DNA of 64,000 nucleotides from Bacteriovoracaceae bacterium. Its GTDB lineage: Bacteria > Bdellovibrionota > Bacteriovoracia > Bacteriovoracales > Bacteriovoracaceae. The stretch is taken from positions 96,001 to 160,000 of the forward strand of contig JBLWTJ010000003.1 of NCBI GenBank assembly GCA_048270185.1, in the 5' to 3' direction. Positions 19,100 through 28,774 of the stretch are shown here, piece after piece. Position numbers and translations under genes: made by a program. The notes under the pieces were generated by a model that was given only the letters and a program-made list of their open reading frames with translations, made no database searches and was not told where the DNA came from. Numbering within the stretch: position 1 is the first letter of the stretch; the number at the start of each line of letters is the position of its first letter.

Positions 19100-19975
19100 A
19101 TGAAGTTACTAATAAGCTTATTAGTAAGTTTTAATATTTTTGCTTCGTTAAATGTTGTGACAACGACTTCTAATTTGGCCGCTGTTGCCAAAGAAATTGG
19201 GGGAGATAAGATTGATATTATCTCCCTTGCTAAAGGAAGTCAGGACCCACATTTTCTTGAAGCAAAACCAAGTTATACTTTTAAAGTAGCTAGGGCTGAT
19301 TTACTTATTAGTGTTGGCGCTGAATTAGAGATTGGTTGGCTTCCTCTTATTGTGAGAGGAAGTCGTAATCCTAAGTTAAGAGAGGGGAATATTGGTCGCC
19401 TTGTTGTCGCTGATAATATCGAACTAATTAAAGAGCATTCTGGTCCAATTTCACGTGCTCAAGGTGATGTTCACCCCGAGGGAAATCCTCACTTAATGCT
19501 TGGGCCTTCAAATAGTATCAAGGTTGCAAAGTTGATCCTTGATCGCTTTAGTAAACTTGATGCAGAAAATACTAAGTTCTACCAAGATCGCTTTGAAAGT
19601 TTTTCTAAGCGAATGAATAATCTCATCCTTGAGCTGAGAAAGAGTATTGTGGAAGGTAAGAAAATAATTACTTATCATCGAACACTGACTTACTTTCTTG
19701 CTGAGTTTGGTGTGAATACCTTGGAAGTCCTTGAACCAAAGCCAGGTATACCTCCGACAGCATCACATATTATCAATGTTATTAATATTGTTAAAACAAA
19801 TAAGCTTGATCGTATCATTGTTGAGAATTACTTTGATACTAGTGTTGCTCATCGAGTAAAGAAATCTGTCCCATCGATTAAAATTTTCAGTGTTCCTGTT
19901 GCCGTTAATGGCGATAAGGAGTCTGGTGATATCTTTAAGCTTTATCGCCAGATTGCAAAGGCATTGGTGAAGTAG
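19100..19975 (+). CDS. Metal ABC transporter substrate-binding protein (ZnuA/TroA family)
   Basis: QDPHF, GDVHPEGNPH, TYH, EPKPGIPP. Confidence 0.92.
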   Translation: MKLLISLLVSFNIFASLNVVTTTSNLAAVAKEIGGDKIDIISLAKGSQDPHFLEAKPSYTFKVARADLLISVGAELEIGWLPLIVRGSRNPKLREGNIGRLVVADNIELIKEHSGPISRAQGDVHPEGNPHLMLGPSNSIKVAKLILDRFSKLDAENTKFYQDRFESFSKRMNNLILELRKSIVEGKKIITYHRTLTYFLAEFGVNTLEVLEPKPGIPPTASHIINVINIVKTNKLDRIIVENYFDTSVAHRVKKSVPSIKIFSVPVAVNGDKESGDIFKLYRQIAKALVK

Positions 19976-20781
19976 TGGAAGTTCTAAGTTTCTTGGCCGC
20001 ACCATTTGTTATGTGTCTGATACTGGTAGGGATTCACTGCTATCTAGGACTTCACGTACTTAAAAGGGGAGTGATCTTTGTTGATCTCTCCCTGGCCCAA
20101 GTGGCCAGTCTTGGTTCCACTGTTGCCTTACTCTTTCACTTAGATCATCACAGTCCTCTTAATTACTTTATCTCATTAGGATTTACTTTCTGTGCGGCCG
20201 CTTACTTTGCATGGTCAAAGAAGTATGAAAAGTATATTTCACAAGAAGTCTTAATTGCTCTTGTTTATGCTTTTGCTTCTTCTGCTGTTATTTTAGTTGT
20301 TAATATGATGGCCCACGGGGCAGAGCATATTAAAGAAATTCTTATTGGAAAAATTCTTTGGGTAAGTTGGTCAGATGTTTTTAAAACAGGGGCCATCTAT
20401 AGTATTGTGGCCTTACTCCACTATATTTTTCGCAAACAATTATTTGCCGCGACTCATGAAGAGAAAGGTCAATCGGCCTTTTGGGATTTTCTCTTCTTTG
20501 CACTTTTTGGAGTTGTTATCACTTCATCTGTAGGAATTGCAGGGATTCTTCTCGTTTTCTCTTTCTTAGTTGTGCCAGCATTACTGAGCACCTTGATGAT
20601 GAAGACAATCAAGTCTCAGCTTCTTCTTGGTTGGGCAATAGGAAGTATACTCTCGCTCTTTGGAATGGCCTTAAGTTACTTCTTAGACCTTCCAGCTGGA
20701 GCTATTATTGTGGTGGTCTTCACTTGTGTTCCACTTATCAGTGTTCCATTCTTAATTAAGTTTAAAATAAGCCGTACCTAA
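19975..20781 (+). CDS. Metal ABC transporter permease (ZnuB family)
   Basis: GLHVLKRGVIFVDLSLAQ, GILLVFSFLVVPA, DLPAGA; multiple TM segments. Confidence 0.9.
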   Translation: MEVLSFLAAPFVMCLILVGIHCYLGLHVLKRGVIFVDLSLAQVASLGSTVALLFHLDHHSPLNYFISLGFTFCAAAYFAWSKKYEKYISQEVLIALVYAFASSAVILVVNMMAHGAEHIKEILIGKILWVSWSDVFKTGAIYSIVALLHYIFRKQLFAATHEEKGQSAFWDFLFFALFGVVITSSVGIAGILLVFSFLVVPALLSTLMMKTIKSQLLLGWAIGSILSLFGMALSYFLDLPAGAIIVVVFTCVPLISVPFLIKFKISRT

Positions 20782-20873
20782 TGGGTGCGGTAATTTTTTA
20801 GCTTTTTCTTTAGTTTACTATTTCACTTATCTGTTCGATGCGCCTGTTAAATATTTTAACAATCGGAGGAAAG

Positions 20874-21293
20874 ATGAAATTTATTATCCTAATGGTTTTC
20901 TTTATCACAACGGCATTTGCTTCAAAGGATTTAGGTGTTGTAACTGGAATTAGTATTACAGGTGAGATGGTCAGTTGTAAGAGTGATTCGACACCACAGT
21001 TTTGTACCATGGAGATTCAAATTGGTGATCTCTACGCTTATGAATGTCGTCAAAGAGGCCTAAAGGCACATCAATGTGCATGTCACGAATTTATCTGTTT
21101 AGAGGATGTTCAAGAAGAACAGATCTTTATTGGTGTTGATATCAATGGTGATGTCAGAGGTTGTTACGCCATGGACAAGAGAGTCAAGTGTAGTGAGGTT
21201 TTCGATTCGAATGATTTCTTTGCAGCTAATTGTCGAGAAGAAGGAAATGTGGCCATTCAATGTGGATGTCACGACTATATTTGTGTCAAATAA
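20874..21293 (+). CDS. Secreted Cys-rich protein with two tandem 6-Cys repeats
   Basis: GGAGG RBS, signal peptide, duplicated C..C..CR..G..A.QC.CH..IC module. Confidence 0.75.
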   Translation: MKFIILMVFFITTAFASKDLGVVTGISITGEMVSCKSDSTPQFCTMEIQIGDLYAYECRQRGLKAHQCACHEFICLEDVQEEQIFIGVDINGDVRGCYAMDKRVKCSEVFDSNDFFAANCREEGNVAIQCGCHDYICVK

Positions 21294-21410
21294 TTACATT
21301 TGAAATTTAACCAAACTTAAATTCTCATTTTTTATTTATCGGGCCATAACTTTTGTATGAATTATTTAATACACTTCGATGGTTGAAGTGGTTTTAGGAG
21401 CAAGGAAGTT

Positions 21411-21614
21411 ATGAATACGGAACAAACGGGAAAGGTTAAATTTTTTAATGAAGCAAAAGGATTTGGATTTATTAAGCCGGATAGTGGGGACGGCGATTTA
21501 TTTGTTCATATTTCTGCAATTGAAAGTGGCAAATTAAATAATAATGACAAAGTTGCTTACTTGATTACTGAGGGGAAGCGTGGCCTATGTGCGACGCAAG
21601 TAAAAAAGATTTAA
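21411..21614 (+). CDS. Cold-shock protein
   Basis: [15 protein letters not shown] and [12 protein letters not shown] motifs. Confidence 0.95.
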   Translation: MNTEQTGKVKFFNEAKGFGFIKPDSGDGDLFVHISAIESGKLNNNDKVAYLITEGKRGLCATQVKKI

Positions 21615-21628
21615 CATCAATCGAGGTG

Positions 21629-21648
21629 TGAGGGGTTACAACCCCTCA
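21629..21648. terminator. Hairpin between convergent genes
   Basis: TGAGGGGTT-AC-AACCCCTCA. Confidence 0.55.
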
Positions 21649-22043
21649 ACATCTTTACAAGACCAATCAAATGAATGAACCCCGTATTCTGGAATTCTCG
21701 CAAAGGTCCAAATATTTCCATCAATACCTTTACTTATATGATCGAGTCTAATTCTGAAATTACCTGTTGTGAAAGCTTCAACTTTTGCATCATACTTTGG
21801 ACGATAATTTACTTTTGTAAAATATGAATACTCTTTTGCTTGATTGATATCTTCGACAAAGACTTCAACTTCGTGGAAGACTCTTGTTCCTAACTTTGAT
21901 TCATAAATTAGGGCATCTGTTACTTTCGATTTTGTGTCATAATTGACACAATGATAGAGTGCCTGTCTTTTTGGATTAAGTCCCGCATAAGTATCTGCCA
22001 TAAATGCAATTGCTACAGCTAAGAGTAGTAAATTCTTCTTCAT
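21636..22043 (-). CDS. Secreted hypothetical protein
   Basis: Signal peptide, GGGAG RBS, two Cys. Confidence 0.75.
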   Translation of the reverse strand: MKKNLLLLAVAIAFMADTYAGLNPKRQALYHCVNYDTKSKVTDALIYESKLGTRVFHEVEVFVEDINQAKEYSYFTKVNYRPKYDAKVEAFTTGNFRIRLDHISKGIDGNIWTFARIPEYGVHSFDWSCKDVEGL

Positions 22044-22149
22044 TATTTCTCCCTGATAATATTACATTTTATACGACATTAAACTTAAGCGAAATTAACT
22101 CCGTGCGTGAGCATTTTCTTCCGAATCAATTAGTTAATAGGAGGCCGTG

Positions 22150-22317
22150 ATGGAGTTTTTACAGATTCTACTTTTAATTACTAGTGCATATTTTATTTGG
22201 AGAAGACCAGAAAAGCAGGTTGCAGCTGAGAGATTACTCTATGGTGCCGCTTTTATCATGCTCTTTGTGTGGTTTGTAGCAACAAAACATATGATCTTAC
22301 CTCCTGGTAATTATTAG
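22150..22317 (+). CDS. dba: Dba-like DsbI accessory small membrane protein (55 aa)
   Basis: MEFLQILLLITSAYFIWRRPEKQVAAERLLYGAAFIMLFVWFVATKHMILPPGNY. AGGAGG RBS, two TM segments with an RRPEK loop, directly upstream of dsbI. Missed by the ORF track. Confidence 0.8.
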   Translation: MEFLQILLLITSAYFIWRRPEKQVAAERLLYGAAFIMLFVWFVATKHMILPPGNY

Positions 22318-22329
22318 AGAGTCACTGAT

Positions 22330-23781
22330 ATGAAAAACCAAAGAATATACAGTGTAATAGCACTGGCAACAATCCTACTTCTCTTTATGCCAATTGGACT
22401 TTCTTCAGTAATGTTAGGAATTGGCCTTGGAGACAACCCCTGCATTCTATGCTGGCAAGAGAGAATGGCCATGATGCTAATTTCTGTTACCGGATTGTTT
22501 ATTATTCGATATGGACTTAGGCCTAAGTACCTGGCCCTAATGCTCTTCTTTTGTTGTTTTGGAATTTTTATGTCATTAAGACATGCTGGAGGACATTTCC
22601 TAAGAGATATCGGTCAAGGCTTTGCTTTGGAGGTATTTGGAATTCATACCTATACTTGGGGAGTGATCGTTTATTGGCTTACCCTTTTGGTGATCGCAAT
22701 TATTCTTGCTTTCTTTGGTAATGGCCTTGTCGATAATGAAGACGGTGAAATTCGTTATTTAACAAAATTTCAATCTTCTTCTTTTGTTGTTTTCTTCCTC
22801 GTTTTAAGTGTGAATGCTATACAGGCTTTTACTCAAGTTGGACCACCTCCTTTCTTGGGGCAAGGGGATCCAATTCGTTTTTCATGGGACCCAAAAGATT
22901 GGATATGGTCGACAAAGAAGTGGAATGGACTGATGGCCCCTTTAAGCTTTCGCGGTAATTATCATGTCGAATCACCACTTCGTGGCAATCGTATTTTTCG
23001 AGGTATTGCGATGTTTGAAAATGGTGATGATCTTCTCAAAGTAAAAGAAGTGGCACTGCCCGAAAGTATTGTAGGTGAAGTTAGGGATATGGACTATAAT
23101 CCGCAACAAAAGACGTTTGTCATAGTGACTGATAAATACTACGTCTATTTTCTTGATAGTAAACTAGAGAAGATAACGGCCTATGTTCACCTTGATCCTC
23201 TTTATTCCATTTCTATTAAAACTCTTGTTGGTGTTACTTTTATTTCACCAACGAGAGTCGTTGTCACTGGTTACAACAAATCATTTATTATTTTAAAACT
23301 TGATGAGAATGCAAAAATTAAAGATCAATATGCTAATTTCTTAGAAGGCAGTGATGGTATTCGTGAAATTCTTCGGGGCCGCTTTAGTACCGTAAGAGCA
23401 AAGTATTCTTATATACGATCTTTAACTTGGGATCGTCGTCGTAATGAACTAGTCTCTCTTACTGTTCCCAATAATAAGAATTCCAAAATTATCGCTTCAA
23501 ATTATTCAGATCAAGACTACGTATTAAATAGCGAAAAGGAAGTCTTTGTTAATGATGCAACTGCCGTTCCTATTATCACAAGTTTGAAAGTTCATAATTC
23601 AAGATTTTATGGACTAAATGCCGATGGCAAAGAGATTATTATTTCAGATAATGAGCTGGCAGGCTTTACGGGCTCCATTAAGTTACCACAGAAAGCAAAT
23701 TACAAGGCCATGGCCGTCTTTGATAGTGACCAATTTGTTATCATTGATGATAAGGTGGCCGGATTCTATATCAATAAGTAA
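22330..23781 (+). CDS. dsbI: DsbI-like DsbB-family protein with a C-terminal beta-propeller-like domain
   Basis: PCILCWQER, RDIGQGF, HTYTW, GPPPFLGQGDPIRFS and a large periplasmic domain. Confidence 0.85.
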   Translation: MKNQRIYSVIALATILLLFMPIGLSSVMLGIGLGDNPCILCWQERMAMMLISVTGLFIIRYGLRPKYLALMLFFCCFGIFMSLRHAGGHFLRDIGQGFALEVFGIHTYTWGVIVYWLTLLVIAIILAFFGNGLVDNEDGEIRYLTKFQSSSFVVFFLVLSVNAIQAFTQVGPPPFLGQGDPIRFSWDPKDWIWSTKKWNGLMAPLSFRGNYHVESPLRGNRIFRGIAMFENGDDLLKVKEVALPESIVGEVRDMDYNPQQKTFVIVTDKYYVYFLDSKLEKITAYVHLDPLYSISIKTLVGVTFISPTRVVVTGYNKSFIILKLDENAKIKDQYANFLEGSDGIREILRGRFSTVRAKYSYIRSLTWDRRRNELVSLTVPNNKNSKIIASNYSDQDYVLNSEKEVFVNDATAVPIITSLKVHNSRFYGLNADGKEIIISDNELAGFTGSIKLPQKANYKAMAVFDSDQFVIIDDKVAGFYINK

Positions 23782-23817
23782 CTAGACGTAGCGCACTATT
23801 TCTTATATGTTGAAGCC

Positions 23818-24852
23818 GTGAAGACTTCATTCTATCAATATACATTTCAACAACTTAGTGAGCTATTAAGTGAGAATCACTTTAATGTTTCGGCAGCTAA
23901 TATTCTTTATAATTGGTATTATAAAAAGAAGAATTCTCATGCTTTAAGTATTCAAGATATTGCTAAGAATACAATGAGCTTTATTAATGAATCTTTCGAA
24001 TTTTCTCTTCCTAAAATTATAACAGTTCTTGAGGCCAGTGATCGCACGGTGAAATTTCTCTTTGAACTTACCGATGGAAGTCGAGTTGAGAGTGTGCTTA
24101 TCCCATTTCATGGCAAGTATTCAATTTGTCTTTCATCACAAGTAGGCTGTGCAATGAAGTGTTCCTTTTGTTTCACTGGAACGCAGGGACTAAAACGCAA
24201 TCTTGAAACACATGAAATTGTAGGCCAGTTTTTGGCCGCTTGGCACTGGCTAAAAGAGCATCGCCCAAATGAAGTTCGCATTTTAAATATTGTCTTTATG
24301 GGGCAAGGAGAACCACTTCATAATTTTGATGAAGTGAAGAAGGCCTGTCAGATTTTCACATCTCAATATGGAACTTCTATCGGCTTTCAAAAGATCACAA
24401 TTTCGACAAGTGGTTACATTCCAGGGCTTAAGAGATGGAGGGATGAGATTCCAGGTGTTAATCTTGCTCTTTCACTGCATTCTCCTTTTGATCATATAAG
24501 AAATGAATTGATTCCAATAAATAAGCGTTATCCCTTAAATGAAGTTCTCGACTATATTGATGAGATACCTCTTCGAAATAAGCAATTTGTAACTTACGAA
24601 TATCTTGTTATTGATAATCTCAATGATGGCAGGGAAGATGCACTTGCTCTTGGTGAAATGTTAAAAGATCGACGTTCATTAATTAACTTAATTCCATTTA
24701 ATGAGTTTCCAGATTCAAGATATAAGAGGCCCTCAAATGAGAAAGTTGCAAATTTTAAGGCCATTCTTGATACCTTTAAAATCCCAACCCTAATTCGCGA
24801 TACTAAGGGTGATGATGTCCTTGCGGCCTGTGGGCAGCTCAATACTAAATAG
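23818..24852 (+). CDS. rlmN: RlmN/Cfr-family radical SAM RNA methyltransferase
   Basis: CLSSQVGCAMKCSFC, MGQGEP, SLH, EY, NLIPFN, AACGQL. Confidence 0.9.
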   Translation: MKTSFYQYTFQQLSELLSENHFNVSAANILYNWYYKKKNSHALSIQDIAKNTMSFINESFEFSLPKIITVLEASDRTVKFLFELTDGSRVESVLIPFHGKYSICLSSQVGCAMKCSFCFTGTQGLKRNLETHEIVGQFLAAWHWLKEHRPNEVRILNIVFMGQGEPLHNFDEVKKACQIFTSQYGTSIGFQKITISTSGYIPGLKRWRDEIPGVNLALSLHSPFDHIRNELIPINKRYPLNEVLDYIDEIPLRNKQFVTYEYLVIDNLNDGREDALALGEMLKDRRSLINLIPFNEFPDSRYKRPSNEKVANFKAILDTFKIPTLIRDTKGDDVLAACGQLNTK

Positions 24853-24949
24853 TCTAAAATTAGATCAAGTTACCCGTAATCTTATTCTTTTATCTAGTCC
24901 GTTGCCGGAGTATGCTATTGGGGTAAGAAAATGAAAAAAGGAAAGAAAT

Positions 24950-25882
24950 ATGGGTAGATTAGTAGATGGTAAATGGCTTAAGACTTCAATTATCACTAGT
25001 GATAACGAAGGTGCTTATGACCGCATACCGCGTTCATTTAGAGAAACAATTTCTAAAGATCACGAAGTTTATCGGCCTGAATCTGGGCGCTATCACCTCT
25101 ATGTAAGTTACGCTTGTCCTTGGGCCCATCGTACATTGATTTTTAGGGCCTTAAAGGATCTTGAAGATCATATTGATGTTAGCGTTGTATGCCCAGATAT
25201 GCTTGATATGGGTTGGACTTTCAAAACGGACTTCCCTCAAAGTACTGGCGATAAGCTCTATGGCCATGAGTTCTTACAAGAACTTTATATCAAGGCCGAT
25301 CCACATGTTAGTACAAGTGTTACGGTACCTGTTCTATGGGATAAGAAAACCCAGACTATTGTTAATAATGAGTCTTCTGAAATCATTAGAATATTTAACT
25401 CGGCCTTTAATGAGCTAACAGGCAATCAAGATGACTATTATCCGGCCGAGCTAGCTAAAGAAGTTGATGAGTTAAATGACTTTATTTATCCAAATATTAA
25501 TAATGGTGTTTATCGTACCGGATTTGCTCGTACTCAAAAAGCCTATGATAAAGCTGTTGATTCATTATTTGATGCTCTTGATAAGATCGAAGATCGTCTC
25601 AAGGACAATAAATATTTAATTGGTCAGAGACTAACTGAAGCAGATTTTCGCTTAGTCACAACTCTTCTTCGTTTTGATGCAGTCTATGTGACTCACTTTA
25701 AATGCAATATTAGAAGAATTAAAGATTATAAAAATCTAAGTCGTTACATGAAAGACTTATATGAAATTGCTGCTGTTAAAGAGACAACAAATATCGAACA
25801 TATTAAAAGACATTACTATTATAGTCACGAAGACTTAAATCCTAATCGTATCGTGGCCAAGGGCCCGAGTGATATTTTTTAG
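24950..25882 (+). CDS. yqjG: Glutathionyl-hydroquinone reductase (Xi/omega-like GST)
   Basis: YVSYACPWAHR, TVPVLWD, NNESSEII, NNGVY, HIKRHYY. Confidence 0.93.
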   Translation: MGRLVDGKWLKTSIITSDNEGAYDRIPRSFRETISKDHEVYRPESGRYHLYVSYACPWAHRTLIFRALKDLEDHIDVSVVCPDMLDMGWTFKTDFPQSTGDKLYGHEFLQELYIKADPHVSTSVTVPVLWDKKTQTIVNNESSEIIRIFNSAFNELTGNQDDYYPAELAKEVDELNDFIYPNINNGVYRTGFARTQKAYDKAVDSLFDALDKIEDRLKDNKYLIGQRLTEADFRLVTTLLRFDAVYVTHFKCNIRRIKDYKNLSRYMKDLYEIAAVKETTNIEHIKRHYYYSHEDLNPNRIVAKGPSDIF

Positions 25883-25892
25883 GGAGAAAGAG

Positions 25893-26762
25893 ATGGAAGT
25901 ACAAAAGAAATTAAAATTTATAATGGACCCACCTGGTAAGCATTGGGTCGGGGATGGATTTCATGTTCATACGATGTTTCATCCGGGTCATGATATCTAT
26001 TACTATACAACACCATTTATCATGATGGATTTTGCTGCTCCAAAACACTTTGGGCCAAGTCCTAACCGAAGAGGGGTTGGAGAACATCCCCATCGTGGCT
26101 TTGAAACGGTAACCTTTGCATTTGCGGGCGAAATTGAACACCGTGATTCGGCCGGTGGTGGTGGAGTTATTGGTAAAGGTGATGTGCAGTGGATGACAGC
26201 AGCAAGTGGAGTCGTTCATGAAGAATTATTCTCTGAGAAGTTCTCACGTGAAGGTGGAGAGTTTGAGATGGTTCAACTTTGGGTAAACCTTCCAAAGAAA
26301 GATAAAATGACTTCGCCTCGTTATCAAGGAGTGAAGGGAGAAACATTTCCTGTGATCAAGCCTTCTGATGGTGTTGAGTTAAAACTAGTGGCCGGAGAGT
26401 TTCTTGGAGAGATAGGTCCTTGTAAAACTTTTTCGCCAATAAATTTAATTCAAGCAAGAATGGATAGTGACTCTAAGCTTATTTTAAATTTTAAAAATAA
26501 AACTAATTTAATTATTCTCGTAAGAAAGGGGAATGTTGAATTAAATGGTAATTCAGTTAACGAACATTCTCTTGCAATCTTTGAAAGAGATGGCCAAGAG
26601 GTCAGTCTTTCAAGTAGTGTAGGCTCAGAGTTATTAATATTAAATGCAGAGCCAATTGATGAAGAGATCTATTCTCATGGGCCTTTTGTGATGAGTTCAA
26701 AAGAAGAAATCATCCAAGCATTTGAAGATTACCAATCAGGTAAAATGGGACACCTTAGTTAG
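25893..26762 (+). CDS. Pirin family protein
   Basis: HPHRGFETVT, HRDS, QWMTAASGVVHEE, QLWVNLP, GPFVM. Confidence 0.95.
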   Translation: MEVQKKLKFIMDPPGKHWVGDGFHVHTMFHPGHDIYYYTTPFIMMDFAAPKHFGPSPNRRGVGEHPHRGFETVTFAFAGEIEHRDSAGGGGVIGKGDVQWMTAASGVVHEELFSEKFSREGGEFEMVQLWVNLPKKDKMTSPRYQGVKGETFPVIKPSDGVELKLVAGEFLGEIGPCKTFSPINLIQARMDSDSKLILNFKNKTNLIILVRKGNVELNGNSVNEHSLAIFERDGQEVSLSSSVGSELLILNAEPIDEEIYSHGPFVMSSKEEIIQAFEDYQSGKMGHLS

Positions 26763-27964
26763 TGGAAGCAGTCGTAAAAGAAATAAAAAAGAATATCGGA
26801 CAAAAAGAATTTATCGCTCTTATGGCAGCATTAATGTCTTTTGCAGCATTATCAATTGATTCAATGCTACCAGCATTAAATATCATTGGCTCAAGTCTTG
26901 GAGTGACAAACCCAAATGATAATCAGTTAATCATTGCCATTCTCTTTCTTGGGATGGGAGTTGGACAGCTTCTTTTTGGGCCGGTCTCTGATGCTTATGG
27001 AAGAAAGCTTGCCATGTACATTGGTATCATTACTTTCTTTATCGGTGGAGTTGCATCTTACTATGCACAGACTTTTGATATGATGCTATTTGGTCGCTTT
27101 ATTCAAGGTGTTGGTGCGGCCAGCGCAAAAATTATTTCAACGGCCATGGTACGTGATCGATTTAGTGGAAATCAAATGGCAAAGACAATGTCTTTAATTA
27201 TGATTATCTTTGTTTTAGTTCCAGCTTTTGCCCCAACTATTGGACAAGTTATTTTATCATTTGGAAATTGGCGTGATATTTTCTTGTCGATGCTTGCTCT
27301 GTCTGTAATTTGTCTTGCATGGTTTTATTTTAGACAAGAAGAGACTCTTGACTTAGATAATCGTCGTCCACTTTCATTTGAGAAAATTAAGGCCGCTTCA
27401 ATTGAAGCCTTAACTCACCCTAAAACTCTTGGTTATACAATTGCCTCAGGACTTGTTTTCGGTGCCTTTATTGGTTACTTAACTTCTTCGCAACAAATTA
27501 TTCAAATTAAATACGGGCTAGGAGATAAGTTTCCAATTGCTTTTGGTGTCTGTGCAATTGCTATTGGCTTTTCTTCATTCTTAAACTCAAGGCTGGTTGA
27601 ACAATTTGGTATGAGAAGACTTTGTCTTATTGCTCTTAGTGGAATAACTTTTATGGCCATTATTTTTAGTGTCATAACTTTCTATACGAATGGCCTACCA
27701 CCGTTCTACATATTCTACAGCTATCTCATTTTGACTCTCTTTAGCTTTGGCCTTCTCTTTGGTAATTTTGGAGCACTAGCACTCGAGCCGATGGGGCATA
27801 TTGCAGGAACTGCAAACTCTGTTTTTAGCTCTGTGCAGATTCTTATTTCTGCGGCCATAGGAGGAGCTATTGGACAGTCTTATAATGGAACTGTAACACC
27901 AATGGCCATAGGGTTTCTGACTTGCAGCGTTTTATCCCTTATCATTACTCTTAGGACGAAATAA
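26762..27964 (+). CDS. Bcr/CflA-family MFS efflux transporter
   Basis: SIDSMLPAL, GPVSDAYGRK, GRFIQG, VRDRF, PAFAPTIG. Confidence 0.93.
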   Translation: MEAVVKEIKKNIGQKEFIALMAALMSFAALSIDSMLPALNIIGSSLGVTNPNDNQLIIAILFLGMGVGQLLFGPVSDAYGRKLAMYIGIITFFIGGVASYYAQTFDMMLFGRFIQGVGAASAKIISTAMVRDRFSGNQMAKTMSLIMIIFVLVPAFAPTIGQVILSFGNWRDIFLSMLALSVICLAWFYFRQEETLDLDNRRPLSFEKIKAASIEALTHPKTLGYTIASGLVFGAFIGYLTSSQQIIQIKYGLGDKFPIAFGVCAIAIGFSSFLNSRLVEQFGMRRLCLIALSGITFMAIIFSVITFYTNGLPPFYIFYSYLILTLFSFGLLFGNFGALALEPMGHIAGTANSVFSSVQILISAAIGGAIGQSYNGTVTPMAIGFLTCSVLSLIITLRTK

Positions 27965-28000
27965 ATAGACGAAATCATTTAATTTTGTTTTCATTAATAA

Positions 28001-28774
28001 ATGTTTAAGGCTTTATTTCTCGCGCTAATTCTAAGCTTTAGCACCCTTGCTAAGGTTGCACCCTCTAATCACATAAGAGAGGGGAAGTGGGATGTTTCTC
28101 CCATTCAAGTTCGCTATCTATCGACATTCTTTGCCATTGAGTTACTTACCTATGGCCTTTTTTCTCCAGATTTTGTGAAGCAAGATATTGAAGCTGGTGA
28201 TTACGATTTTAACAAAGATGATATCTCAATTCCCACTTGGCTTTATCAATTAGGAAATCATGGACCAGAGATCTTAACGATAGGAATGTATGGTTACTAT
28301 CTTTTCTCAGATGATGAGTATGCCTTCGAAAAATCCTTTGTTTTCACTGAATCCATGCTCATTTCTCAAGGTATAACTTTTGGGACTAAGTATGCTGCCA
28401 ATAAGCAGCGTCCTGATGAGACAAATTTTCAATCATTTCCAAGTGGCCATACGACTCATGCTTTTGCTGTTGGAGCTTGGATGGCCATGGATATCTTTCA
28501 TAGTGAAAAATATCATTCAAATTATTGGATGGCCTCACTTCCTCTAATTTATTCATCATTTATCGGCTGGAGCCGTATTGATGCAAAGAAACACACTTTT
28601 AAAGATGTTTCAGTGGGAGCGATAATTGGTGGAGTAACAAGTTACTTTATGTACAAGCTTCACTTTGATGATAATGGAAAGTATCGTTTTAACTCAAAGA
28701 ATACGATTTCAATAACTCCTTCTATTGATCTAATAAATGAAAATTACTCTTTTAGTCTAGGGGTAGCAATATGA
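28001..28774 (+). CDS. PAP2-family phosphatase
   Basis: K..A.KQRP, SFPSGH, SRI...KH...DV motifs. Confidence 0.9.
   Translation: MFKALFLALILSFSTLAKVAPSNHIREGKWDVSPIQVRYLSTFFAIELLTYGLFSPDFVKQDIEAGDYDFNKDDISIPTWLYQLGNHGPEILTIGMYGYYLFSDDEYAFEKSFVFTESMLISQGITFGTKYAANKQRPDETNFQSFPSGHTTHAFAVGAWMAMDIFHSEKYHSNYWMASLPLIYSSFIGWSRIDAKKHTFKDVSVGAIIGGVTSYFMYKLHFDDNGKYRFNSKNTISITPSIDLINENYSFSLGVAI

Noticed and set aside
21372..21390. Hairpin in the csp 5' UTR as a cspA-type thermoregulator
   Set aside because: It is only a short stem (CACTTC/GAAGTG), which is not enough to call an RNA family without a covariance search.
23818..24852. Cfr antibiotic-resistance methyltransferase
   Set aside because: No mobile context. 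The motifs fit the RlmN family, though the MGQGEP variant means phylogeny is needed to exclude a paralogue.
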